From positions 1-64,000 of the forward strand of contig JAUCBJ010001695.1 of NCBI GenBank assembly GCA_032718475.1: a stretch of DNA of 64,000 bases, given 5' to 3'. Position 1 is the stretch's first letter. The number at the start of each line of letters is the position of its first letter. This DNA comes from Nemertoderma westbladi. Lineage: Eukaryota; Animalia; Xenacoelomorpha. Below are positions 23,101 to 38,100 of the stretch, piece by piece. The notes below the pieces were generated by a model, which made no database searches, was not told the DNA's origin, and saw only the letters and a list, made by a program, of their open reading frames with translations. The position numbers and the translations under genes were made by a program.

Positions 23101-26100
23101 GCGAACGGCGCACCAGTTAGGAAAACATCTGCCCCACTAATAGAACATAATCGAACGGCGCACCAGTTAGGAAAACATCTGCCCCACTAATAGAACATAG
23201 CGAACGACGCACCAGTTAGGAAAACATCTGCCCCACTAATAGAACATAGCGAACGACGCACCAGTTAGGAAAACATCTACCCCACTAATAGAACATAGGC
23301 GAACGACGCACCAGTTAGGAAAACATCTGCCCCACTAATAGAACATAGGCGAACGGCGCACCAGTTAGGAAAACATCTGCCCCACTAATAGAACATAGCG
23401 AACGACGCACCAGTTAGGAAAACATCTGCCCCACTAATAGAACATAGCGAACGACGCACCAGTTAGGAAAACATCTGCCCCACTAATAGAACATAGCGAA
23501 CGGCGCACCAGTTAGGAAAACATCTGCCCCACTAATAGAACATAATCGAACGGCGCACCAGTTAGGAAAACATCTGCCCCACTAATAGAACATAATCGAA
23601 CGGCGCACCAGTTAGGAAAACATCTGCCCCACTAATAGAACATAGGCGAACGGCGCACCAGTTAGGAAAACATCTGCCCCACTAATAGAACATAATCGAA
23701 CGGCGCACCAGTTAGGAAAACATCTGCCCCACTAATAGAACATAGCGAACGACGCACCAGTTAGGAAAACATCTGCCCCACTAATAGAACATAGCGAACG
23801 ACGCACCAGTTAGGAAAACATCTGCCCCACTAATAGAACATAGCGAACGACGCACCAGTTAGGAAAACATCTGCCCCACTAATAGAACATAATCGAACGG
23901 CGCACCAGTTAGGAAAACATCTGCCCCACTAATAGAACATAGCGAACGACGCACCAGTTAGGAAAACATCTGCCCCACTAATAGAACATAGCGAACGACG
24001 CACCAGTTAGGAAAACATCTGCCCCACTAATAGAACATAGGCGAACGGCGCACCAGTTAGGAAAACATCTGCCCCACTAATAGAACATAATCGAACGGCG
24101 CACCAGTTAGGAAAACATCTGCCCCACTAATAGAACATAGCGAACGACGCACCAGTTAGGAAAACATCTGCCCCACTAATAGAACATAGCGAACGACGCA
24201 CCAGTTAGGAAAACATCTGCCCCACTAATAGAACATAGCGAACGACGCACCAGTTAGGAAAACATCTGCCCCACTAATAGAACATAGCGAACGACGCACC
24301 AGTTAGGAAAACATCTGCCCCACTAATAGAACATAGCGAACGACGCACCAGTTAGGAAAACATCTGCCCCACTAATAGAACATAGCGAACGGCGCACCAG
24401 TTAGGAAAACATCTGCCCCACTAATAGAACATAGCGAACGACGCACCAGTTAGGAAAACATCTGCCCCACTAATAGAACATAGGCGAACGGCGCACCAGT
24501 TAGGAAAACATCTGCCCCACTAATAGAACATAATCGAACGGCGCACCAGTTAGGAAAACATCTGCCCCACTAATAGAACATAGGCGAACGGCGCACCAGT
24601 TAGGAAAACATCTGCCCCACTAATAGAACATAATCGAACGACGCACCAGTTAGGAAAACATCTGCCCCACTAATAGAACATAGGCGAACGGCGCACCAGT
24701 TAGGAAAACATCTGCCCCACTAATAGAACATAGCGAACGACGCACCAGTTAGGAAAACATCTGCCCCACTAATAGAACATAGCGAACGACGCACCAGTTA
24801 GGAAAACATCTGCCCCACTAATAGAACATAGCGAACGGCGCACCAGTTAGGAAAACATCTGCCCCACTAATAGAACATAATCGAACGGCGCACCAGTTAG
24901 GAAAACATCTGCCCCACTAATAGAACATAATCGAACGGCGCACCAGTTAGGAAAACATCTGCCCCACTAATAGAACATAGGCGAACGGCGCACCAGTTAG
25001 GAAAACATCTGCCCCACTAATAGAACATAATCGAACGGCGCACCAGTTAGGAAAACATCTGCCCCACTAATAGAACATAGCGAACGACGCACCAGTTAGG
25101 AAAACATCTGCCCCACTAATAGAACATAGGCGAACGGCGCACCAGTTAGGAAAACATCTGCCCCACTAATAGAACATAATCGAACGGCGCACCAGTTAGG
25201 AAAACATCTGCCCCACTAATAGAACATAGCGAACGACGCACCAGTTAGGAAAACATCTGCCCCACTAATAGAACATAGGCGAACGGCGCACCAGTTAGGA
25301 AAACATCTGCCCCACTAATAGAACATAATCGAACGGCGCACCAGTTAGGTAAACATCTGCCCCACTAATAACATAGCGAACGGCGCACCAGTTAGGTAAA
25401 CATCTGCCCCACTAATAGAACAAAGGCGAACGACGCAGCAGTTAGGAAAACATCTGCCCCACTAATAGAACATAGGCGGACGACGCACCAGTTAGGAAAA
25501 CATCTGCCCCACTAATAGAACATAGGCGAACGACGCACCAGTTAGGTAAACATCTGCCCCACTAATAGAACATAGCGAACGACGCACCAGTTAGGAAAAC
25601 ATCTGCCCCACTAATAGAACATAGCGAACGACGCACCAGTTAGGAAAACATCTGCCCCACTAATAGAACATAATCGAACGGCGCACCAGTTAGGTAAACA
25701 TCTGCCCCACTAATAACATAGCGAACGGCGCACCAGTTAGGTAAACATCTGCCCCACTAATAGAACATAGACGGACGACGCACCAGTTAGGAAAACATCT
25801 GCCCCACTAATAGAACATAATCGAACGGCGCACCAGTTAGGAAAACATCTGCCCCACTAATAGAACATAGGCGAACGACGCACCAGTTAGGAAAACATCT
25901 GCCCCACTAATAGAACATAGACGGACGACGCACCAGTTAGGAAAACATCTGCCCCACTAATAGAACATAGACGGACGACGCACCAGTTAGGAAAACATCT
26001 GCCCCACTAATAGAACATAGGCGAACGACGCACCAGTTAGGAAAACATCTGCCCCACTAATAGAACATAGACGGACGACGCACCAGTTAGGAAAACATCT

Positions 26101-29100
26101 GCCCCACTAATAGAACATAATCGAACGGCGCACCAGTTAGGTAAACATCTGCCCCACTAATAGAACATAGGCGAACGGCGCACCAGTTAGGTAAACATCT
26201 GCCCCACTAATAGAACATAATCGAACGGCGCACCAGTTAGGAAAACATCTGCCCCACTAATAGAACATAATCGAACGGCGCACCAGTTAGGTAAACATCT
26301 GCCCCACTAATAGAACATAATCGAACGGCGCACCAGTTAGGAAAACATCTGCCCCACTAATAGAACATAGCGAACGACGCACCAGTTAGGTAAACATCTG
26401 CCCCACTAATAGAACATAATCGAACGGCGCACCAGTTAGGAAAACATCTGCCCCACTAATAGAACATAATCGAACGACGCACCAGTTAGGTAAACATCTG
26501 CCCCACTAATAGAACATAATCGAACGGCGCACCAGTTAGGAAAACATCTGCCCCACTAATAGAACATAGGCGAACGACGCACCAGTTAGGAAAACATCTG
26601 CCCCACTAATAGAACATAGGCGAACGGCGCACCAGTTAGGAAAACATCTGCCCCACTAATAGAACATAATCGAACGGCGCACCAGTTAGGTAAACATCTG
26701 CCCCACTAATAACATAGCGAACGGCGCACCAGTTAGGTAAACAACTGCCCCACTAATAGAACATAGACGGACGACGCACCAGTTAGGAAAACATCTGCCC
26801 CACTAATAGAACATAGCGAACGACGCACCAGTTAGGTAAACATCTGCCCCACTAATAGAACATAATCGAACGGCGCACCAGTTAGGTAAACATCTGCCCC
26901 ACTAATAGAACATAGCGAACGACGCACCAGTTAGGTAAACATCTGCCCCACTAATAGAACATAATCGAACGGCGCACCAGTTAGGTAAACATCTGCCCCA
27001 CTAATAGAACATAGGCGAACGGCGCACCAGTTAGGAAAACATCTGCCCCACTAATAGAACATAATCGAACGGCGCACCAGTTAGGTAAACATCTGCCCCA
27101 CTAATAACATAGCGAACGACGCACCAGTTAGGTAAACATCTGCCCCACTAATAGAACATAGGCGAACGGCGCACCAGTTAGGTAAACATCTGCCCCACTA
27201 ATAGAACATAGGCGAACGGCGCACCAGTTAGGTAAACATCTGCCCCACTAATAGAACATAGACGGACGACGCACCAGTTAGGAAAACATCTGCCCCACTA
27301 ATAGAACATAATCGAACGACGCACCAGTTAGGAAAATATCTGCCCCACTAATAGAACATAGCGAACGACGCACCAGTTAGGTAAACATCTGCCCCACTAA
27401 TAGAACATAGCGAACGGCGCACCAGTTAGGAAAACATCTGCCCCACTAATAGAACATAGCGAACGGCGCACCAGTTAGGAAAACATCTGCCCCACTAATA
27501 GAACATAGGCGAACGGCGCACCAGTTAGGAAAACATCTGCCCCACTAATAGAACATAATCGAACGGCGCACCAGTTAGGTAAACATCTGCCCCACTAATA
27601 ACATAGGCGAACGGCGCACCAGTTAGGAAAACATCTGCCCCACTAATAGAACATAGGCGAACGACGCACCAGTTAGGTAAACATCTGCCCCACTAATAGA
27701 ACATAATCGAACGGCGCACCAGTTAGGAAAACATCTGCCCCACTAATAGAACATAGGCGAACGACGCACCAGTTAGGTAAATATCTGCCCCACTAATAGA
27801 ACATAGCGAACGACGCACCAGTTAGGAAAACATCTGCCCCACTAATAGAACATAGGCGAACGGCGCACCAGTTAGGAAAACATCTGCCCCACTAATAGAA
27901 CATAGGCGAACGGCGCACCAGTTAGGAAAACATCTGCCCCACTAATAGAACATAGGCGAACGACGCACCAGTTAGGTAAACATCTGCCCCACTAATAGAA
28001 CATAATCGAACGGCGCACCAGTTAGGAAAACATCTGCCCCACTAATAGAACATAGGCGAACGACGCACCAGTTAGGAAAACATCTGCCCCACTAATAGAA
28101 CATAGGCGAACGGTGCACCAGTTAGGAAAACATCTGCCCCACTAATAGAACATAGCGAACGACGCACCAGTTAGGAAAACATCTGCCCCACTAATAGAAC
28201 ATAGCGAACGACGCACCAGTTAGGAAAACATCTGCCCCACTAATAGAACATAGCGAACGGCGCACCAGTTAGGAAAACATCTGCCCCACTAATAGAACAT
28301 AGCGAACGACGCACCAGTTAGGAAAATATCTGCCCCACTAATAGAACATAATCGAACGACGCACCAGTTAGGTAAATATCTGCCCCACTAATAGAACATA
28401 GCGAACGACGCACCAGTTAGGAAAACATCTGCCCCACTAATAGAACATAGGCGAACGGCGCACCAGTTAGGAAAACATCTGCCCCACTAATAGAACATAG
28501 CGAACGACGCACCAGTTAGGAAAACATCTGCCCCACTAATAGAACATAGCGAACGACGCACCAGTTAGGAAAACATCTGCCCCACTAATAGAACATAGCG
28601 AACGGCGCACCAGTTAGGAAAACATCTGCCCCACTAATAGAACATAGCGAACGACGCACCAGTTAGGAAAACATCTGCCCCACTAATAGAACATAGCGAA
28701 CGACGCACCAGTTAGGAAAACATCTGCCCCACTAATAGAACATAGCGAACGACGCACCAGTTAGGAAAACATCTGCCCCACTAATAGAACATAGCGAACG
28801 ACGCACCAGTTAGGAAAACATCTGCCCCACTAATAGAACATAGCGAACGACGCACCAGTTAGGAAAACATCTGCCCCACTAATAGAACATAGCGAACGGC
28901 GCACCAGTTAGGAAAACATCTGCCCCACTAATAGAACATAATCGAACGGCGCACCAGTTAGGAAAACATCTGCCCCACTAATAGAACATAGGCGAACGGC
29001 GCACCAGTTAGGAAAACATCTGCCCCACTAATAGAACATAATCGAACGGCGCACCAGTTAGGTAAACATCTGCCCCACTAATAGAACATAGGCGAACGGC

Positions 29101-32100
29101 GCACCAGTTAGGAAAACATCTGCCCCACTAATAGAACATAATCGAACGACGCACCAGTTAGGAAAACATCTGCCCCACTAATAGAACATAGGCGAACGGC
29201 GCACCAGTTAGGAAAACATCTGCCCCACTAATAGAACATAATCGAACGGCGCACCAGTTAGGTAAACATCTGCCCCACTAATAGAACATAGGCGAACGAC
29301 GCACCAGTTAGGAAAACATCTGCCCCACTAATATAACATAGCGAACGACGCACCAGTTAGGAAAACATCTGCCCCACTAATAGAACATAGCGAACGACGC
29401 ACCAGTTAGGAAAACATCTGCCCCACTAATAGAACATAATCGAACGGCGCACCAGTTAGGTAAACATCTGCCCCACTAATAGAACATAATCGAACGGCGC
29501 ACCAGTTAGGAAAACATCTGCCCCACTAATATAACATAGCGAACGACGCACCAGTTAGGTAAACATCTGCCCCACTAATAGAACATAATCGAACGGCGCA
29601 CCAGTTAGGTAAACATCTGCCCCACTAATAGAACATAGGCGAACGGCGCACCAGTTAGGAAAACATCTGCCCCACTAATAGAACATAGCGAACGACGCAC
29701 CAGTTAGGAAAACATCTGCCCCACTAATAGAACATAATCGAACGGCGCACCAGTTAGGTAAACATCTGCCCCACTAATAACATAGCGAACGGCGCACCAG
29801 TTAGGAAAACATCTGCCCCACTAATAACATAGGCGAACGGCGCACCAGTTAGGTAAACATCTGCCCCACTAATAGAACATAGGCGAACGGCGCATCAGTT
29901 AGGAAAACATCTGCCCCACTAATAGAACATAGGCGAACGGCGCACCAGTTAGGAAAACATCTGCCCCACTAATAGAACATAGCGAACGACGCACCAGTTA
30001 GGAAAACATCTGCCCCACTAATAGAACATAGCGAACGGCGCACCAGTTAGGTAAACATCTGCCCCACTAATAACATAGCGAACGACGCACCAGTTAGGAA
30101 AACATCTGCCCCACTAATAGAACATAGGCGAACGATGCACCAGTTAGGAAAACATCTGCCCCACTAATAACATAGCGAACGACGCACCAGTTAGGTAAAC
30201 ATCTGCCCCACTAATAGAACATAGGCGAACGGCGCACCAGTTAGGTAAACATCTGCCCCACTAATAGAACATAATCGAACGGCGCACCAGTTAGGTAAAC
30301 ATCTGCCCCACTAATAACATAGCGAACGACGCACCAGTTAGGAAAACATCTGCCCCACTAATAGAACATAGGCGAACGGCGCACCAGTTAGGTAAACATC
30401 TGCCCCACTAATAGAACATAATCGAACGGCGCACCAGTTAGGTAAACATCTGCCCCACTAATAACATAGCGAACGACGCACCAGTTAGGAAAACATCTGC
30501 CCCACTAATAGAACATAGGCGAACGGCGCACCAGTTAGGAAAACATCTGCCCCACTAATAGAACATAATCGAACGGCGCACCAGTTAGGAAAACATCTGC
30601 CCCACTAATAGAACATAGGCGAACGGCGCACCAGTTAGGAAAACATCTGCCCCACTAATAGAACATAGGCGAACGACGCACCAGTTAGGTAAACATCTGC
30701 CCCACTAATAGAACATAATCGAACGGCGCACCAGTTAGGAAAACATCTGCCCCACTAATAGAACATAGGCGAACGACGCACCAGTTAGGTAAATATCTGC
30801 CCCACTAATAGAACATAGCGAACGACGCACCAGTTAGGAAAACATCTGCCCCACTAATAGAACATAATCGAACGGCGCACCAGTTAGGAAAACATCTGCC
30901 CCACTAATAGAACATAATCGAACGGCGCACCAGTTAGGTAAACATCTGCCCCACTAATAGAACATAGCGAACGGCGCACCAGTTAGGAAAACATCTGCCC
31001 CACTAATAGAACATAGGCGAACGGCGCACCAGTTAGGTAAACATCTGCCCCACTAATAGAACATAGGCGAACGACGCACCAGTTAGGTAAACATCTGCCC
31101 CACTAATAGAACATAGCGAACGGCGCACCAGTTAGGAAAACATCTGCCCCACTAATAGAACATAGGCGAACGGCGCACCAGTTAGGAAAACATCTGCCCC
31201 ACTAATAGAACATAGGCGAACGGCGCACCAGTTAGGAAAACATCTGCCCCACTAATAGAACATAGGCGAACGGCGCACCAGTTAGGAAAACATCTGCCCC
31301 ACTAATAGAACATAATCGAACGGCGCACCAGTTAGGTAAACATCTGCCCCACTAATAGAACATAATCGAACGGCGCACCAGTTAGGAAAACATCTGCCCC
31401 ACTAATAGAACATAGCGAACGACGCACCAGTTAGGAAAACATCTGCCCCACTAATAGAACATAATCGAACGGCGCACCAGTTAGGAAAACATCTGCCCCA
31501 CTAATAGAACATAGCGAACGACGCACCAGTTAGGTAAACATCTGCCCCACTAATAGAACATAGGCGAACGGCGCACCAGTTAGGAAAACATCTGCCCCAC
31601 TAATAGAACATAGGCGAACGACGCACCAGTTAGGTAAACATCTGCCCCACTAATAGAACATAATCGAACGGCGCACCAGTTAGGAAAACATCTGCCCCAC
31701 TAATAGAACATAGGCGAACGACGCACCAGTTAGGAAAACATCTGCCCCACTAATAGAACATAATCGAACGACGCACCAGTTAGGAAAACATCTGCCCCAC
31801 TAATAGAACATAGGCGAACGGCGCACCAGTTAGGAAAACATCTGCCCCACTAATAACATAGCGAACGGCGCACCAGTTAGGTAAACATCTGCCCCACTAA
31901 TAGAACATAGGCGAACGGCGCACCAGTTAGGAAAACATCTGCCCCACTAATAGAACATAGCGAACGGCGCACCAGTTAGGTAAACATCTGCCCCACTAAT
32001 AGAACATAATCGAACGGCGCACCAGTTAGGAAAACATCTGCCCCACTAATAGAACATAATCGAACGACGCACCAGTTAGGTAAACATCTGCCCCACTAAT

Positions 32101-35100
32101 AGAACATAATCGAACGGCGCACCAGTTAGGAAAACATCTGCCCCACTAATAGAACATAGGCGAACGACGCACCAGTTAGGAAAACATCTGCCCCACTAAT
32201 AGAACATAATCGAACGACGCACCAGTTAGGAAAACATCTGCCCCACTAATAGAACATAGGCGAACGGCGCACCAGTTAGGAAAACATCTGCCCCACTAAT
32301 AACATAGCGAACGGCGCACCAGTTAGGTAAACATCTGCCCCACTAATAGAACATAGGCGAACGGCGCACCAGTTAGGAAAACATCTGCCCCACTAATAGA
32401 ACATAGCGAACGGCGCACCAGTTAGGTAAACATCTGCCCCACTAATAGAACATAATCGAACGGCGCACCAGTTAGGAAAACATCTGCCCCACTAATAGAA
32501 CATAATCGAACGGCGCACCAGTTATGTAAACATCTGCCCCACTAATAGAACATAATCGAACGGCGCACCAGTTAGGAAAACATCTGCCCCACTAATAGAA
32601 CATAGCGAACGACGCACCAGTTAGGTAAACATCTGCCCCACTAATAGAACATAGCGAACGGCGCACCAGTTAGGTAAACATCTGCCCCACTAATAGAACA
32701 TAGCGAACGACGCACCAGTTAGGTAAACATCTGCCCCACTAATAGAACATAGGCGAACGGCGCACCAGTTAGGTAAACATCTGCCCCACTAATAGAACAT
32801 AGCGAACGACGCACCAGTTAGGAAAACATCTGCCCCACTAATAGAACATAGGCGAACGACGCACCAGTTAGGAAAATATCTGCCCCACTAATAGAACATA
32901 GCGAACGACGCACCAGTTAGGTAAACATCTGCCCCACTAATAGAACATAGGCGAACGGCGCACCAGTTAGGAAAACATCTGCCCCACTAATAGAACATAA
33001 TCGAACGGCGCACCAGTTAGGAAAACATCTGCCCCACTAATAGAACATAGCGAACGGCGCACCAGTTAGGTAAACATCTGCCCCACTAATAGAACATAGG
33101 CGAACGGCGCACCAGTTAGGAAAACATCTGCCCCACTAATAGAACATAGCGAACGGCGCACCAGTTAGGTAAACATCTGCCCCACTAATAGAACATAGCG
33201 AACGGCGCACCAGTTAGGAAAACATCTGCCCCACTAATAGAACATAATCGAACGGCGCACCAGTTAGGAAAACATCTGCCCCACTAATAGAACATAGCGA
33301 ACGACGCACCAGTTAGGAAAACATCTGCCCCACTAATAGAACATAATTGAACGGCGCACCAGTTAGGAAAACATCTGCCCCACTAATAGAACATAGCGAA
33401 CGACGCACCAGTTAGGAAAACATCTGCCCCACTAATAGAACATAGGCGAACGGCGCACCAGTTAGGAAAACATCTGCCCCACTAATAGAACATAATCGAA
33501 CGGCGCACCAGTTAGGAAAACATCTGCCCCACTAATAGAACATAGGCGAACGGCGCACCAGTTAGGAAAACATCTGCCCCACTAATAGAACATAATCGAA
33601 CGGCGCACCAGTTAGGAAAACATCTGCCCCACTAATAGAACATAATCGAACGGCGCACCAGTTAGGAAAACATCTGCCCCACTAATAGAACATAATCGAA
33701 CGGCGCACCAGTTAGGAAAACATCTGCCCCACTAATAGAACATAGGCGAACGGCGCACCAGTTAGGAAAACATCTGCCCCACTAATAGAACATAATCGAA
33801 CGGCGCACCAGTTAGGAAAACATCTGCCCCACTAATAGAACATAGCGAACGACGCACCAGTTAGGAAAACATCTGCCCCACTAATATAACATAATCGAAC
33901 GGCGCACCAGTTAGGAAAACATCTGCCCCACTAATAGAACATAGCAAACGGCGCACCAGTTAGGAAAACATCTGCCCCACTAATAGAACATAGGCGAACG
34001 GCGCACCAGTTAGGAAAACATCTGCCCCACTAATAGAACATAGCGAACGGCGCACCAGTTAGGTAAACATCTGCCCCACTAATAGAACATAGGCGAACGA
34101 CGCACCAGTTAGGAAAACATCTGCCCCACTAATAGAACATAGCAAACGGCGCACCAGTTAGGAAAACATCTGCCCCACTAATAGAACATAGGCGAACGGC
34201 GCACCAGTTAGGAAAACATCTGCCCCACTAATAGAACATAGCGAACGGCGCACCAGTTAGGTAAACATCTGCCCCACTAATAGAACATAGGCGAACGACG
34301 CACCAGTTAGGAAAACATCTGCCCCACTAATAGAACATAGGCGAACGACGCACCAGTTAGGAAAACATCTGCCCCACTAATAGAACATAGGCGAACGGCG
34401 CACCAGTTAGGTAAACATCTGCCCCACTAATAGAACATAGGCGAACGGCGCACCAGTTAGGTAAACATCTGCCCCACTAATAGAACATAATCGAACGGCG
34501 CACCAGTTAGGAAAACATCTGCCCCACTAATAGAACATAGCGAACGGCGCACCAGTTAGGTAAACATCTGCCCCACTAATAGAACATAGGCGAACGACGC
34601 ACCAGTTAGGAAAACATCTGCCCCACTAATAGAACATAGGCGAACGACGCACCAGTTAGGAAAACATCTGCCCCACTAATAGAACATAATCGAACGGCGC
34701 ACCAGTTAGGTAAACATCTGCCCCACTAATAGAACATAGCGAACGGCGCACCAGTTAGGAAAACATCTGCCCCACTAATATAACATAATCGAACGGCGCA
34801 CCAGTTAGGAAAACATCTGCCCCACTAATAGAACATAGCGAACGGCGCACCAGTTAGGAAAACATCTGCCCCACTAATAGAACATAATCGAACGGCGCAC
34901 CAGTTAGGAAAACATCTGCCCCACTAATAGAACATAGCGAACGGCGCACCAGTTAGGAAAACATCTGCCCCACTAATAGAACATAGCGAACGACGCACCA
35001 GTTAGGAAAATATCTGCCCCACTAATAGAACATAATCGAACGACGCACCAGTTAGGTAAATATCTGCCCCACTAATAGAACATAGCGAACGACGCACCAG

Positions 35101-38100
35101 TTAGGTAAACATCTGCCCCACTAATAGAACATAGCGAACGACGCACCAGTTAGGAAAACATCTGCCCCACTAATAGAACATAGCGAACGGCGCACCAGTT
35201 AGGAAAACATCTGCCCCACTAATAGAACATAGCGAACGACGCACCAGTTAGGAAAACATCTGCCCCACTAATAGAACATAGCGAACGACGCACCAGTTAG
35301 GAAAACATCTGCCCCACTAATAGAACATAGCGAACGACGCACCAGTTAGGAAAACATCTGCCCCACTAATAGAACATAGCGAACGACGCACCAGTTAGGA
35401 AAACATCTGCCCCACTAATAGAACATAGCGAACGACGCACCAGTTAGGAAAACATCTGCCCCACTAATAGAACATAGCGAACGGCGCACCAGTTAGGAAA
35501 ACATCTGCCCCACTAATAGAACATAATCGAACGGCGCACCAGTTAGGAAAACATCTGCCCCACTAATAGAACATAGGCGAACGGCGCACCAGTTAGGTAA
35601 ACATCTGCCCGACTAATAGAACATAGCGAACGGCGCACCAGTTAGGTAAACATCTGCCCCACTAATAGAACATAATCGAACGGCGCACCAGTTAGGAAAA
35701 CATCTGCCCCACTAATAGAACATAGCGAACGGCGCACCAGTTAGGAAAACATCTGCCCCACTAATAGAACATAGGCGAACGGCGCACCAGTTAGGAAAAC
35801 ATCTGCCCCACTAATAGAACATAGCGAACGACGCACCAGTTAGGAAAACATCTGCCCCACTAATAGAACATAATCGAACGGCGCACCAGTTAGGAAAACA
35901 TCTGCCCCACTAATAGAACATAGCGAACGACGCACCAGTTAGGAAAACATCTGCCCCACTAATAGAACATAGGCGAACGGCGCACCAGTTAGGAAAACAT
36001 CTGCCCCACTAATAGAACATAATCGAACGGCGCACCAGTTAGGAAAACATCTGCCCCACTAATAGAACATAGCGAACGACGCACCAGTTAGGAAAACATC
36101 TGCCCCACTAATAGAACATAGCAAACGGCGCACCAGTTAGGAAAACATCTGCCCCACTAATAGAACATAGCGAACGGCGCACCAGTTAGGAAAACATCTG
36201 CCCCACTAATAACATAGCGAACGACGCACCAGTTAGGTAATCATCTGCCCCACTAATAGAACATAGCGAACGACGCACCAGTTAGGAAAACATCTGCCCC
36301 ACTAATAACATAGCGAACGACGCACCAGTTAGGTAATCATCTGCCCCACTAATAGAACATAGCAAACGGCGCACCAGTTAGGTAAACATCTGCCCCACTA
36401 ATAGAACATAGGCGAACGGCGCACCAGTTAGGTAAACATCTGCCCCACTAATAGAACATAGGCGAACGGCGCACCAGTTAGGTAAACATCTGCCCCACTA
36501 ATAGAACATAATCGAACGGCGCACCAGTTAGGAAAACATCTGCCCCACTAATAGAACATAGCGAACGACGCACCAGTTAGGAAAACATCTGCCCCACTAA
36601 TAGAACATAATCGAACGGCGCACCAGTTAGGTAAACATCTGCCCCACTAATAGAACATAGCGAACGACGCACCAGTTAGGTAAACATCTGCCCCACTAAT
36701 AGAACATAGCGAACGACGTACCAGTTAGGAAAACATCTGCCCCACTAATAGAACATAGCGAACGACGCACCAGTTAGGTAAACATCTGCCCCACTAATAG
36801 AACATAGGCGAACGGCGCACCAGTTAGGTAAACATCTGCCCCACTAATAGAACATAATCGAACGGCGCACCAGTTAGGAAAACATCTGCCCCACTAATAG
36901 AACATAGCGAACGACGCACCAGTTAGGAAAACATCTGCCCCACTAATAGAACATAGGCGAACGGCGCACCAGTTAGGTAAACATCTGCCCCACTAATAGA
37001 ACATAATCGAACGGCGCACCAGTTAGGAAAACATCTGCCCCACTAATAGAACATAGCGAACGGCGCACCAGTTAGGTAAACATCTGCCCCACTAATAGAA
37101 CATAGGCGAACGACGCACCAGTTAGGAAAACATCTGCCCCACTAATAGAACATAGGCGAACGACGCACCAGTTAGGAAAACATCTGCCCCACTAATAGAA
37201 CATAGGCGAACGGCGCACCAGTTAGGAAAACATCTGCCCCACTAATAGAACATAATCGAACGGCGCACCAGTTAGGAAAACATCTGCCCCACTAATAGAA
37301 CATAGCGAACGACGCACCAGTTAGGAAAACATCTGCCCCACTAATAACATAGCGAACGACGCACCAGTTAGGAAAACATCTGCCCCACTAATAGAACATA
37401 ATCGAACGGCGCACCAGTTAGGAAAACATCTGCCCCACTAATAGAACATAGGCGGACGACGCACCAGTTAGGAAAACATCTGCCCCACTAATAACATAGC
37501 GAACGGCGCACCAGTTAGGAAAACATCTGCCCCACTAATAGAACATAATCGAACGGCGCACCAGTTAGGAAAACATCTGCCCCACTAATAGAACATAGGC
37601 GGACGACGCACCAGTTAGGAAAACATCTGCCCCACTAATAGAACATAGCGAACGACGCACCAGTTAGGAAAACATCTGCCCCACTAATAGAACATAGCGA
37701 ACGACGCACCAGTTAGGAAAACATCTGCCCCACTAATAGAACATAGGCGAACGGCGCACCAGTTAGGAAAACATCTGCCCCACTAATAGAACATAATCGA
37801 ACGGCGCACCAGTTAGGAAAACATCTGCCCCACTAATAGAACATAGCGAACGACGCACCAGTTAGGAAAACATCTGCCCCACTAATAGAACATAGCGAAC
37901 GGCGCACCAGTTAGGAAAACATCTGCCCCACTAATAGAACATAGCGAACGGCGCACCAGTTAGGAAAACATCTGCCCCACTAATAACATAGCGAACGACG
38001 CACCAGTTAGGTAAACATCTGCCCCACTAATAGAACATAATCGAACGGCGCACCAGTTAGGTAATCATCTGCCCCACTAATAGAACATAGCGAACGACGC

